Origin: Antechinus flavipes
Lineage: Eukaryota
Direction: 5' to 3'
NCBI RefSeq assembly: GCF_016432865.1
Contig: NC_067400.1
Location: 619,380,001-619,444,000 of the forward strand
Length of the DNA: 64,000 bases
Positions 13,001 to 22,912 of the stretch are shown piece after piece; the first letter of the stretch is position 1, and each line of letters opens with the position of its first letter. Both the position numbers and the translations under genes were made by a program. The notes under the pieces were generated by a model. It did not search any database and was not told the origin of the DNA. It was given only the letters and a program-made list of their open reading frames with translations.

Positions 13001-14549
13001 GAGACAGGAGGCACGTGGGGAGGAAGGATGGCGGAAGGAAGCACAGGGGAGAAAGAACAAGGATTGCCGGGGCCCCTGGGAGGGGGGGGTGGGGAGGGGT
13101 TCGGGCACCCGCTTCCTGTCCCGGGGGACACTTCCCCCCCAAGGCCACTGGCGGCTGAGAGGAGGAAGGGAGCCCGGGGGAGGTCCCAGCTGCTGGCCTC
13201 CGGCTGAGCTCCGTCCCCTCCCCCCGCTCTCCCCCCAAGGTGACTTTCGGGGGAAGGACAAGCCTGTCTTCAGAAGGCAGGGCTCCTGCGTGGCGCCGGG
13301 GGACTGCCGGCCCGGGGTTTACAGCCTGTCTTACAGCCCCAGCTGGAGCTTCTGGGCGAATGTCACCTGCTGCAGCGGCGGCCACTGCGGTGAGCCCTCC
13401 CAGCCAGGTACGTGTGCCCGGGCAGGGCGGGGGCAGCGAGAGAGAGAGAAACGGCTCAGGGGGGTCAGGGGGCAGCGAGAGAGGGAGAAACGGCTCAGGG
13501 GGGTCGGGGGCCAGTGAGAGAGGGAGAAACGGCTCAGGGGGGTCGGGGGGCAGTGAGAGAAGGAGAAACGGTTAAGGGGGATCAGGGGGGTTGGGAGGGC
13601 AGGCCCATGAGACAGCCCCCCACCTTCGGTGCTGCTCCCCAGGACCAGATGCCCCTTAGCACCAACCTCCTGAAGGGCGGGTGTGTGGGGCGTAGGGTGT
13701 CTGAGAGCACGGAAGCCAGGGACCGGCCTCCGAGACTCCGGGGAGCCTTCTCTGAGGGGTTCCTCTCCTGTACCCCCCAGAGTCCCTGCCGAAGGGTACC
13801 GCCAGTGACTTCCTGTGTCCCGTCTGCTCCCCAAACGAGCCCTCCTGTGATGAAAACTCATACATGCTCTGCTCTCGAGGAGAGACTTCTTGTGTTAGCG
13901 TGAACGTGGCTCAGCTCGGAGGTAACGGGCATGGGAGGAAGGAGGGAGAGACGATGGAGAGGCAAGAGGGTTTGGGGGCCCCCAGCCAGGAGGGCCTGGG
14001 ACTGGACGTAGGGAAGAGGGAGCTGCTCAGTCTCTGGACAAGTAGCCCTTCCCCCTTTGCCCATCCATCTTTAAAATGAAGGGATAGAGTCCCAGCCCTG
14101 AAGTCGGGAGGACCTGAGTTCAAATCTGGTCTCAGACACTTAACGCATCCTAGGGACCCTGGGCAAGTCACTTAACCCCAGTTGACTCAGCAAAACAGAC
14201 AAAGAAATAAATGAATAAAATGACGGCATCAGACCTGAAGGTCCTGGCTGGTGCTCCGGGAGGGGCCATTTTCTGCCCCCGGGCTGGTGGGCTCCAAACT
14301 CCCCAATCCATCCTCTCCCCAGGGAATCAGAGAAGCCTCTTCCGAGGGTGCGGCTCGAAGGACCTCTGCCAGCTGCCCGAGAACCTCACCCTGGGTCTGG
14401 ACTACCAGCTTGTCGGGAAGCCCAACTGCAGCTCCTCCCGGCGGGCCGTGCTGGGCTCCAAGTGCCGGCACAACGCAGCCGCTGGCCCTGGGGGAGGCGC
14501 TCTCCTCCCGGCCCTGCTGGCCGCGGGGATGGCCGCTTGGCTGGCCTAA
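10013..14549 (+). CDS. Unnamed GPI-anchored Ly6/uPAR-family protein with three LU domains (about 310 aa, 7 exons)
   Basis: Exons 10013-10058, 11365-11475, 11692-11805, 12285-12410, 13240-13407 (alternative donor after 13389), 13781-13921, 14323-14549. All introns are GT-AG, phase 1; total 933 nt open to TAA. Kozak gccacaATG, signal peptide MILVLGLLCILVAPGA, LU cysteine spacing (CLSC..C..C..C / C..C..CCQGNC; CFSC../CCSGGHC; CPVC../RGCGSKDLC), GPI-type tail NAAAGPGGGALLPALLAAGMAAWLA. Confidence 0.88.
10675..11013. other. Assembly gap (339 N) in intron 1 of the LU gene
   Basis: Run of N. Confidence 1.
11837..12131 (+). repeat. 22-nt minisatellite (GGGGGAGGACCACAGTGCCTCA), about 13 copies, LU gene intron 3
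   Basis: Direct tandem units visible. Confidence 0.9.
13428..13585 (+). repeat. About 39-nt tandem repeat x4, LU gene intron 5
   Basis: gggggcagcgagagagagagaaacggctcaggggggtca repeated. Confidence 0.8.
14060..14215 (+). mobile_element. WSINE1-like tRNA-derived SINE
   Basis: ggaggacctgagttcaaatctggtctcagacacttaac...ctgggcaagtcacttaacccc followed by an A-rich tail. Confidence 0.8.
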
Positions 14550-14707
14550 GCCTTCCCACCACCCTCCCCAGCCCAGCTAGGAGCAGCCGCCTGTTCTGAC
14601 AGCAGGGGCTCACCTCGAGTCTAGAATCCTTCAGAGCCTGCTGGGACAAACCCCAGCTCGGAGGACCCCGCCCCAAATCTCAGAACCCCGAGGCGTGCAC
14701 AGCAGCC

Positions 14708-14713
14708 AATAAA
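14708..14713 (+). terminator. Polyadenylation signal of the three-LU-domain gene
   Basis: AATAAA 159 nt after the stop codon. Confidence 0.7.
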
Positions 14714-15311
14714 TTATACATCGGTCAGTTTCCTCAAACGGCCAATGTCTCTTCTCAACTTCTCTCCCTCCCTCTCCCGCTCGGCTCGTCCTTCACACCT
14801 GCGCTGGGTCCTCGGCTCCTCTGGGAATTTTTAGTCCCCAAGGGGCAGCCTTTGAGCCTGACATTCTCTTTGAAGACTGAGGAGATGGGGCCTGGGGCTG
14901 CTTGGGAGGAGAAGGCAGCTGGGGAGTCTTGGGGTTCAGGAACCTCGAATTGCTGTTAGGCTAAACTGAACCCATGTTTTATTCAGGACCCGGTACTGGT
15001 CCTAGGCTGCCTGAAAGTGGCTTGGGCTGAGCTGATGGGCCGATGGGCTCCGTGGCTAGACAGGACGCCTTACCTCCCATTCCGGGAAATCCTCCTGGAG
15101 CACCTCCAACAGCAGCAGCTCTCCACCTGGAACTTCTCAAGGCGTCGCATATACCATACACAGGCACAGAATCATGGGAGGGCTTGGGAGTCGGGACTTT
15201 GGTTCAAATCCTAGGTCGTTTCCCTACTCCATCTCACTTCCTAGCTCTGTGATCTTGGACTTAATCTCTTTAGACTTGTTTCCTCATCTGTCCAATGAGG
15301 ATGCCTTAATT

Positions 15312-16165
15312 TCTCAGTACTTCTAAACCTCCAGTCTCGCTCCGACCCTTTCCATTCAGTTGAAAAAACCAAGGACTAAAGAAGGAAACGAACACGGCAA
15401 AGACCACCTAGGCAAATTTTGTTAGAAGGTGCAGAGAGAGAAAAATGATGAGAGAGACAGAGACAGACAGATAGACAGACACACACACACACAGCCAGAG
15501 AGAGAGAAAAACTACAGGGAGAAGAATTTCTCAGCACTTCTAAACCTTCAGTCTCACTCCAACCATTTCTATTCATTTAAAAAAACCAGGACTAAAGAAG
15601 GAAATGGACCCGGCAAAGACCACCCAGGCGAATTTTGTTAGAAGGTGCAGAGAGAGAAAAATGATGAGAGAGACAGAGACAGAGAGATAGACAGACACAC
15701 ACACACACACACAGCTAGAGAGAGAGAAAAACTACAGGGAGAAGAATTTCTCAGCACTTCTAAACCTTCAGTCTCACTCCAACCATTTCCATTCATTTAA
15801 GAAAAACAGGACTAAAGAAGGAAATGGACCCGGCAAAGACCACCCAAGCGAATTTTGTTAGATAAGGAAGAGAGGGAAAAATGATGAGAGAAACAGAGAC
15901 AGAGACAGAGACAGATAGACAGACACACAGCCAGAGAGAGAGAGAAACAACAGGAGAAGGATTTCTCAGCACTTCTAAACCTCCAGTCTCACTCCAGCCA
16001 TTTCCATTCAATTGAGGAAACCAGGACTAAAGAAGGAAATGGACACGGCAAAGATCACCCAGGCAAATTTTGTTAGGAGAGGCAGAGAGGAAAATGATGA
16101 GAGAAACAGACAGACAGACAGACACACACACACACACAGCCAGAGAGAGAAAAACACAAGGAGAA
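15312..16165 (+). repeat. About 217-bp tandem repeat x4 with internal GA/CA microsatellites
   Basis: Units start (tctcagYacttctaaacc) at 15312, 15529, 15749 and 15964. Confidence 0.92.
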
Positions 16166-16554
16166 GAAGAGGAAAAAGGGAGAAGAGAGAGAGAGAGAGA
16201 CAGAGAAAAAGAAAGAGACGGGAAAGGGAGGAGAGGTAGAGAGGAGAGAGAAAGGTGAATAGGACAAGGAGAGAGACATTCATGTATGTGACTGACATCT
16301 CTCTAGTAGGCCGTGGGTTTCCCTAGACTGTGAATTCCTTAAACATAAAGAGACCATGTCTTATTTACCTCAGTTTCCTGTATGGAACCCTGTGCTCAGT
16401 GGTAGTTCAGTAACTGTTTGCTGAAAGAATCAAGGGCCAATCATTTGGTCAGTGGGGGGACCCATCTCTCCCTTCCCCTCCCCCCTCGGGCTCCACTCAT
16501 GAGGTCACCCCAGTGGGCATTGTTGGCCTGGGTCCCTGCTGGTGTTACCCGGCT

Positions 16555-16693
16555 GGGCGGGGCCAGCCAATCAGCCGCTAGTCCCTCTTATAATGGCCCC
16601 TAGCAACGGGGTATGAGTCCAGGCAAACGGGGAGAGACCCCGTGGGCGGGGAGAGTCTGAGGGGTGTGGGAAATTCCTCTGTGAATGTGAGTT
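16555..16693 (+). promoter_or_regulatory. Candidate IRGC promoter and non-coding first exon (GC box, CCAAT, RFX X-box half-site, donor at 16687)
   Basis: GGGCGGGGCC at 16555, CCAATCAGC at 16567, CCCTAGCAAC at 16598-16607, AAT|GTGAGTT at 16684-16693; about 3 kb upstream of the IRGC ATG. Confidence 0.55.
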
Positions 16694-17989
16694 GATTTGG
16701 GGGGAAATGGTACCCAATGTGGGTGAGAAAGGGCAATTCCGAGGGAAGAAGGGAAGAGAAGTCCCGGGTACTTAGACGCTAGGTCCAATTCTCCCGGTTG
16801 CCCTTTGGATCCCCGTAGTCTCAGCCACCCAGAGCCAATCACACGGTGGAGGGGAGGAGGGAGCCCAGGGTTAGGTAGCAAGAGCTCAACCTCATTAAGT
16901 TCTCCAACAGACCCCGAAAACTTGGGAGAGGAGAGGTCTGGTCAGGGCCAAGAGGAAAGAGTCCGCTTCTCGGTCTAGTCTTGATGGAGCCGCACGGCTG
17001 CCCCTCGGTTTCTCGAGATGAGAGACCGTCGGGTTTGAGGCAGAGTCCATATGGGCCTGGGCTGAGCTCTCTTGCCTGTGCTAGCTGTCTCAGAGATGCT
17101 AGGCCCTTCGTGGAAACGAGGGCAGGAGAAATCGGGGGGCTGTGGCCAAGTCCCACTCCACAGTTCCTTCTCCAGACCCCAGCTGTTAGCTCTGTTGCTC
17201 CGATGCCCCAGACCCTGCTCAGAAAAGAGAAATCCCCGGTGTGGGGAGTTTGAGCCCAATCCCCTCTATCAATTCAGATAGCCCGTGGAGAGAAGTTTGG
17301 GGTGTGGGAAGAAGGGTTTCCTATGAGGTCCCCACCTGAATACCTGGAGCTCTCTACGAAGGGCTAGATCCTAGACGTGGGAGTCCAAGGCCCTTTGTCC
17401 CACGGGCCCTCCGGACTGCTTATTCAAACACTCGGAACTTTTCGAGGTCGAGAGAGGCGGAGGGAGGTGGTGGCCGGGCCGTGGCCAGGCCAGGGTGGGA
17501 GGGAACCAGCCTTAGCCCCTGAAGTATCTCAAGTGAGGAGGGGTCGGGGTGAGTGGGAGAGGGGCAGAGAAGCGAGACTGTGATTCTGTTGACTTTTTAT
17601 GGACTGTGGCTTGCTGCTTAGACAATCCCGGGCCCCCCATGCACCAGAGGAGGGGAAGACAGCTTATAAGTGTTGGAAGGGTGTGGTTGGGGTCCCCTTC
17701 CTTCATTTCCATACTCAATCATACTCAAACCCCACCTCCAAAAAAAAAAAAACACAAACAAACAAAAACTCCAGAGCCATCCATGAGACTGGGGGAAGGA
17801 ATGGGACGTAGAGCTAATTCCCCCGTCTCTTTGGAGAGACTGACTGATAAACTGTCACTCCTGGACCCCATGCTTACAGGGGAGAAATAGTCGGAGTTCC
17901 CCACATTCTATTGCTTATATATCTCCTCTCATCTCAGACTTCCTGGTCTTCCATCTCCTGGGGACCCTGAGATAGAAACAAAGGCAAAA

Positions 17990-18565
17990 TGGAAGGGGAT
18001 CCAGGAAGAGAGGAAGACATAGGGTGGGGAGATCCAATGGAAAGGAACCCAGAGAGGAAGAGATGGGATGGGGAGATCCAATGGAGGAGGACCCAGAAAG
18101 AGAGGAAGACCTGGGATGGGGAGATCCAGTGGAAGGGGACCCAGAGAGGAAGACATGGGATGCAGAGATCCAATGGAAGGGAACCCAGAGAGGAAGACAT
18201 GGGATGGGGAGATCCAATGGAAGGGAACCCAGAGAGGAAGACATGGGATGGGGAGATCCAATGGAAGGGAACCCAGAGAGGAAGACATGGGATGGGGAGA
18301 TACGGTGGAAGGGGACCCAGAGAGGAAGACATGGGATGCAGAGATCCAATGGAAGGGAACCCAGAGAGGAAGACATGGGATGGGGAGATCCAGTGGAAGG
18401 GGACCCAGAGAGGAAGACATGGGATGGGGGAGATCCAGTGGAAGGGGACTCAAAAAGAGAGGAAGACATGGGATGCAGAGATCCAATGGAAGGGAACCCA
18501 GAGAGGAAGACATGGGATGGGGAGATCCAGTGGAAGGGAACCCAGAGAGGAAGAGATGGGATGGG
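17990..18565 (+). repeat. 44-nt minisatellite (GGGAACCCAGAGAGGAAGACATGGGATGGGGAGATCCAATGGAA), about 13 copies
   Basis: Period 44 (e.g. 18179 to 18223); accounts for the six repetitive ORFs in the track. Confidence 0.92.
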
Positions 18566-19578
18566 GAATTCCAATGGGTGGGCCATCTCAGGGAATCATC
18601 CCTCCCTTTGGTAATAAAGGGGAGAAATGGGGGTCAGAACCATGGGCTCAGAGATCTCTCAGACAGGAAGGGACTTTTAGTCTGACCTCTAGTATTTTAC
18701 AGAGAAGGAAACTGAGGTCTAGAGTATGAGAGGATTAAAAGCTGGGATCCACATGCCCTATCATTGGCGCCATGTTGGGGTCAGACCAAACTGCCTCGTG
18801 GGTCTAAATGTGAAAGGCTGTGGGAATGACAATAGTTCTGGAGTTAAAAGATCCCACCTGAGTGGTGAGATCTCCTATCCTTCATCTTCTGTGGCCTCAG
18901 TTTCCCTTCCCTGTAGGGACTGGCTGAAGCTGGTTCTCCCAGTCCTTCCCCAGTCTTAATGTCTACTGCTTCCCGAGCCAGCTGCCCACTGATTTGCTCT
19001 GAGAGTCCCTCCATTGCTTTCTTTACCTGTCGGGAAACTGGGAGAAGAATCCCTGCTTTCCCGGCAAAGATGGTAGGCAGCGAGACTGAAATGAGGATGG
19101 GGCAAGGCCTCCAGAAACCCCAGATGTAAGGAGGTCCCGCACCCTCACGCAGACGGGAGCGTCTGGGGGCCGGGCAGGGGGACGAGAAGGCAGAGCCCGA
19201 GGAGAGAAGAGGGGAACAGGATCCGCAAGCGAGCGGCCGAGCTGGGAGCCGTTTCAGGCCCATCCGTCAGGGACGGGCCGCCCGGCCAAGGGCCCGGTCA
19301 GAGACGCCGGGTCAGAGACCCCGCCATCCGCCGGTGCTTCCGAGGCTACCTCCCGTAGCGTAGCCTGGGTAAGGGAGGGGACGGGGCGTTTGCTGGGCCG
19401 CTGGGGCCGGCCGCCTTTCCGCTAACCGCGTCTCCGTCCCCCCTCCCCGTCTCTCTCTCTCTCTCTCTCTCCCTCCCGCCCGTCTCAGGGCCTAGGTGGT
19501 GTGAGCGGCCTGCCCCCTACCCCAAGGAGCACACGCATCGAGACTCCCCCACTCCCCCCCACTCTCCCCAGGGGCGCA

Positions 19579-20976
19579 ATGGCGTCCAAGTCACAAGCCC
19601 CCCCGACCGAGGAGGAGAGCACCATCCTCATGGCTAAGGAAGAGCTCGAAGCTCTTCGGACGGCCTTCGAGCTGGGGGATATCCCGAAGGCTGCCTCCCG
19701 CCTCCGGGAGCTTCTGGGCTCAGCTGAGAGTAGCCGCCTCGATGTGGGCGTGACCGGCGAGTCCGGGGCCGGCAAGTCTTCCTTGATCAACGCCCTTCGA
19801 GGGATCGGGGCCGAGGATCCCGGCGCGGCTCGGACTGGCGTCATCGAGACCACAACCCAGCCCACCCCCTACCCCCACCCCCAGCTGCCTGAGCTCATGC
19901 TGTGGGACCTGCCAGGGGCCGGCTCACCCGGCTGCCCAGCCGACAAGTACCTGAAGCAGGTAGACTTTGCTCGCTACAATTTCTTCCTCCTGGTCTCACC
20001 CCGCCGCTGTGGGGCCGTGGAGACCCGGCTGGCGACCGAGATCCTCCGTCAGGGCAAGAAATTCTACTTCATCCGCACCAAGGTGGATGAGGACCTGGCG
20101 GCTTCTCGCACCCAGCGCCCCTCGGGCTACAGCGAGAGCGCTGTCTTACAGGAGATCCGAGACCACTGCGCGGAGCGCCTGCGAGCCGCCGGCGTCCAGG
20201 ACCCCCGGATCTTCCTCGTGTCCAACCTGTCGCCGGCCCGCTACGACTTCCCTCTGCTGGTGGCCACCTGGGAGCGGGAGCTGCCGGCCCACCGCCGCCA
20301 CGCCGGGCTGCTGTCCCTGCCCGACATCTCCCTCCAGGCCCTGCAGAAGAAGAAGGATGCCCTGCAGGAGCAGGTGCTGAAGACCGCGCTGGTGTCCGGG
20401 GTCATCCAGGCCTTGCCCGTGCCCGGGCTGGCGGCCGCCTACGACGACGCCCTGCTGATCCGCTCCCTGCGGGGCTACCACCGCAGCTTCGGCCTGGACG
20501 ACGACTCCCTGGCCAGGCTGGCCGAGCAGGTGGGCAAGCAGGCCGGCGACCTGCGCTCCGTGATCCGCTCGCCCCTGGCCACCGAGGTCTCGCCGGAGGC
20601 GGTGCTGCGCATGTACGCCCAATCATCGGACGGGGCCATGCGCGTGGCCCGGGCCTTCGAGAAGGGCATCCCCGTGTTCGGGACACTGGTGGCCGGGGGG
20701 ATCTCCTTCGGGACCGTCTACACCATGCTACAGGGCTGCCTTAACGAGATGGCCGAGGACGCCCAGCGTGTCCGGATCAAAGCCCTGGAAGAGGAGGTCA
20801 CCTCCCCTGGCTCCGACGCCCGCCTCGACGTCGCCAGCGGGCCCGGGTTGGAGAAGAGGGGGGCAGGCGAGGGCGGCGGGGAGGATCCTCCAATCTCAGC
20901 CCGCCGGAAGCTTGGACTGCTGCTCAAGTACATTCTGGAGAGCTGGAAAAAACGGGATGGGGTCGAAGACAAATAA
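19579..20976 (+). CDS. IRGC: Immunity-related GTPase cinema (interferon-inducible GTPase 5), intronless CDS, 465 aa
   Basis: MASKSQAPPTEEESTILMAKEELEALRTAFE...GESGAGKS...WDLPG...RTKVD...RKLGLLLKYILESWKK closely follows recalled human IRGC. Acceptor at 19487-19488; AATAAA at 20972-20977. Confidence 0.96.
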   Translation: MASKSQAPPTEEESTILMAKEELEALRTAFELGDIPKAASRLRELLGSAESSRLDVGVTGESGAGKSSLINALRGIGAEDPGAARTGVIETTTQPTPYPHPQLPELMLWDLPGAGSPGCPADKYLKQVDFARYNFFLLVSPRRCGAVETRLATEILRQGKKFYFIRTKVDEDLAASRTQRPSGYSESAVLQEIRDHCAERLRAAGVQDPRIFLVSNLSPARYDFPLLVATWERELPAHRRHAGLLSLPDISLQALQKKKDALQEQVLKTALVSGVIQALPVPGLAAAYDDALLIRSLRGYHRSFGLDDDSLARLAEQVGKQAGDLRSVIRSPLATEVSPEAVLRMYAQSSDGAMRVARAFEKGIPVFGTLVAGGISFGTVYTMLQGCLNEMAEDAQRVRIKALEEEVTSPGSDARLDVASGPGLEKRGAGEGGGEDPPISARRKLGLLLKYILESWKKRDGVEDK

Positions 20977-21134
20977 AAACGGCCACCTCTCCCCCAAAGA
21001 AAGAAAACCCCCCTCCTGACCACTCCACCCCACCATCCCCCATTCCCATTCCCCCACCCCTGTCCCCTGTCCCTACCAAAAAAAAATTCATGTGAAGAAA
21101 CCAATGGAAGGCTCCCGACTGCTTCCAGACCGGC

Positions 21135-21520
21135 CGGGGCCCGGCGCGGGAGGGAGGGAGGGGGGAGTGTTGGGATGGAGGGGGGGAGGGGGAAGAGAGG
21201 GAGAGGTGTTGGGATGGCGCGGGGGGGGGAGGGGGAAGAGAGGGAGGGGTGTTGGGATGGAGCGGGGGGGAGGGGGAAGGGAAGGGGAGAGGGGTGTAGG
21301 GATGGAGCGGGGGCGGGGAAGGGAGGGAGGGGTGTTGGGATGGAGTGGGGGGGAGGGGGAAGAGAGGGAGGGGTGTTGGGATGGAGCGGGGGGGAGGGGG
21401 AAGAGAAGGGGAGAGGGGTGTCGGGATGGAGCGGGGGCGGGGAAGGGAGGGAGGGGTGTTGGGATGGAGCGGGGGGGGGAAGGGAGGGAGGGGTGTTGGG
21501 ATGGAGCGGGGGGGGGGGGA
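21135..21520 (+). repeat. G-rich about 38-nt minisatellite (GGGTGTTGGGATGGAGCGGGGG...), G-quadruplex-prone
   Basis: About 10 degenerate copies just downstream of IRGC. Confidence 0.85.
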
Positions 21521-21810
21521 GGAGAGCCCATTCAAGGGCTGGTTTCACTTTCTCTGTCCCATAGACGCGTCCTTGCGGGGAAGGGGGCCACTAGGGAGAC
21601 GGGGATTCCCGGCGGGAAGCAAGTGTAAACGAGGGAAATTAGAACTGGGGAACCTGCAGAAAAGGCGTCCCTTTGGGGCGACCTCCCAACCCCCCAAAAT
21701 CTCTCCTTCTGTGGATTCCTAAGGGACCTTTGATGGCAATCCTCTGGCTCCACGCCAACACCCCCGCCCCCTCCTTCGAAGATTCCCCCTCCCCCTCCCC
21801 GAGGAGCCAA

Positions 21811-21960
21811 CCAATCAGCGTTCGTTTCTCAATACAATGGACCCTAGCAACAGGTCTGGCCGAGAAGCCAACAGAATCGGTGGGGATAAGATGCTCCAGC
21901 ACTAGAAGAGGAAGCACAAGAGGGGCCAGGGTCAAAGGAAGGCCCTGCTAAATGTGAGTT
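21811..21960 (+). promoter_or_regulatory. Candidate promoter and non-coding first exon of the second IRG gene (CCAAT, RFX X-box half-site, donor at 21954)
   Basis: CCAATCAGC at 21811, AATGGACCCTAGCAAC at 21836-21851, AAT|GTGAGTT at 21951-21960; same spacing as the module at 16567. Confidence 0.55.
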
Positions 21961-22912
21961 AGGGAGGGGGCTGATGAGGCAGAATCGCCCCCGGCCCCCA
22001 ACTCCCTGCCCCCACCCCCTTCTATACCCTTCCAGCGGGAAGTTTCAGAGGAGTTTCAGCCCCTAAAAACTCCCTAAACTCCCCCCAACTGGCCCCAGTC
22101 CAGTGTGGCTCAGCCCCGGCCCCTTTCATGCTCCATCTCTGCAAAGGGCAACTCTGGGGAAGGATTTTTTTTTTGGGGGGGGGGGGAAGGCGCATGAATC
22201 TGTGTAACGGTGGTCGGAAGGCTTTCTGAGTGACTGAGTAGTGAGGGGTCTGTGGCCTGGGCTGGGATTTGGGCCAGGTAGGAAGTTCTTGAGGATGATT
22301 GGGAGGGTAATTTAGGCTGGTGATTATTGTGACTTTGTGATGGTTACTTGGTTGGCTGAGTGAACACAGAATGAGCTTTTGGCCCGGCTTTTACTGCTCT
22401 TTTTTGGGGGGTGTGTGTGGGAGAAAAAGAGACAGAGATAAGAGACAAAGAAACAGAGACAAAGAAACAGAAACAGGGAGAGACAGAGACACAGAAAGAG
22501 ACAGAAACAGACAAATAAGAGACAGATACAAAGAAACAGACACATAGAGCGACAGAGAAAGGGAAAGTGTGAGAGAGAGTGAGAGTACCTGTGTTAAAGC
22601 ATCTCTCTCACTTCAGCCTCCTGGGGCCCCCACTCTGTTAAGCCGGGGGAGACTCACTACTTGTCCTCTTGTTGAGGACTCGGAGAAGAGCGCCAACAGT
22701 CAATAAGCAATAAGGACCGACTGTGTGTCAGCCATACAGAGGAAGGCAAAAGACAATGTCTCCTGTCAAGGAGCTTACGGTCTGAGGGAGAGCAGCACAA
22801 ACCCAGCTACGATCGAGTTAGAGACGAGTTAGAGAAACTGGAAACAAAATGCTGGTACTGGGAGGGCTCACAAAAGATTTCCTGGACAGAGGGAGATTTT
22901 AGCTGGAACTTC

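Noticed and set aside
14979-15214. Short ORFs and a minus-strand donor near the GAS site
   Set aside because: No recognisable protein similarity or partner exons.
17915-18729. Six overlapping 130-250-aa repetitive ORFs
   Set aside because: Translations of the 44-nt minisatellite; no start context or splice support.
19501-19578. GTG-initiated N-terminal extension of IRGC
   Set aside because: Homology to IRGC begins at the ATG at 19579; the upstream part is a low-complexity 5'UTR/acceptor region.
20718-21722. Pro-rich and Gly-rich ORFs
   Set aside because: Products of the G-rich tandem repeat.
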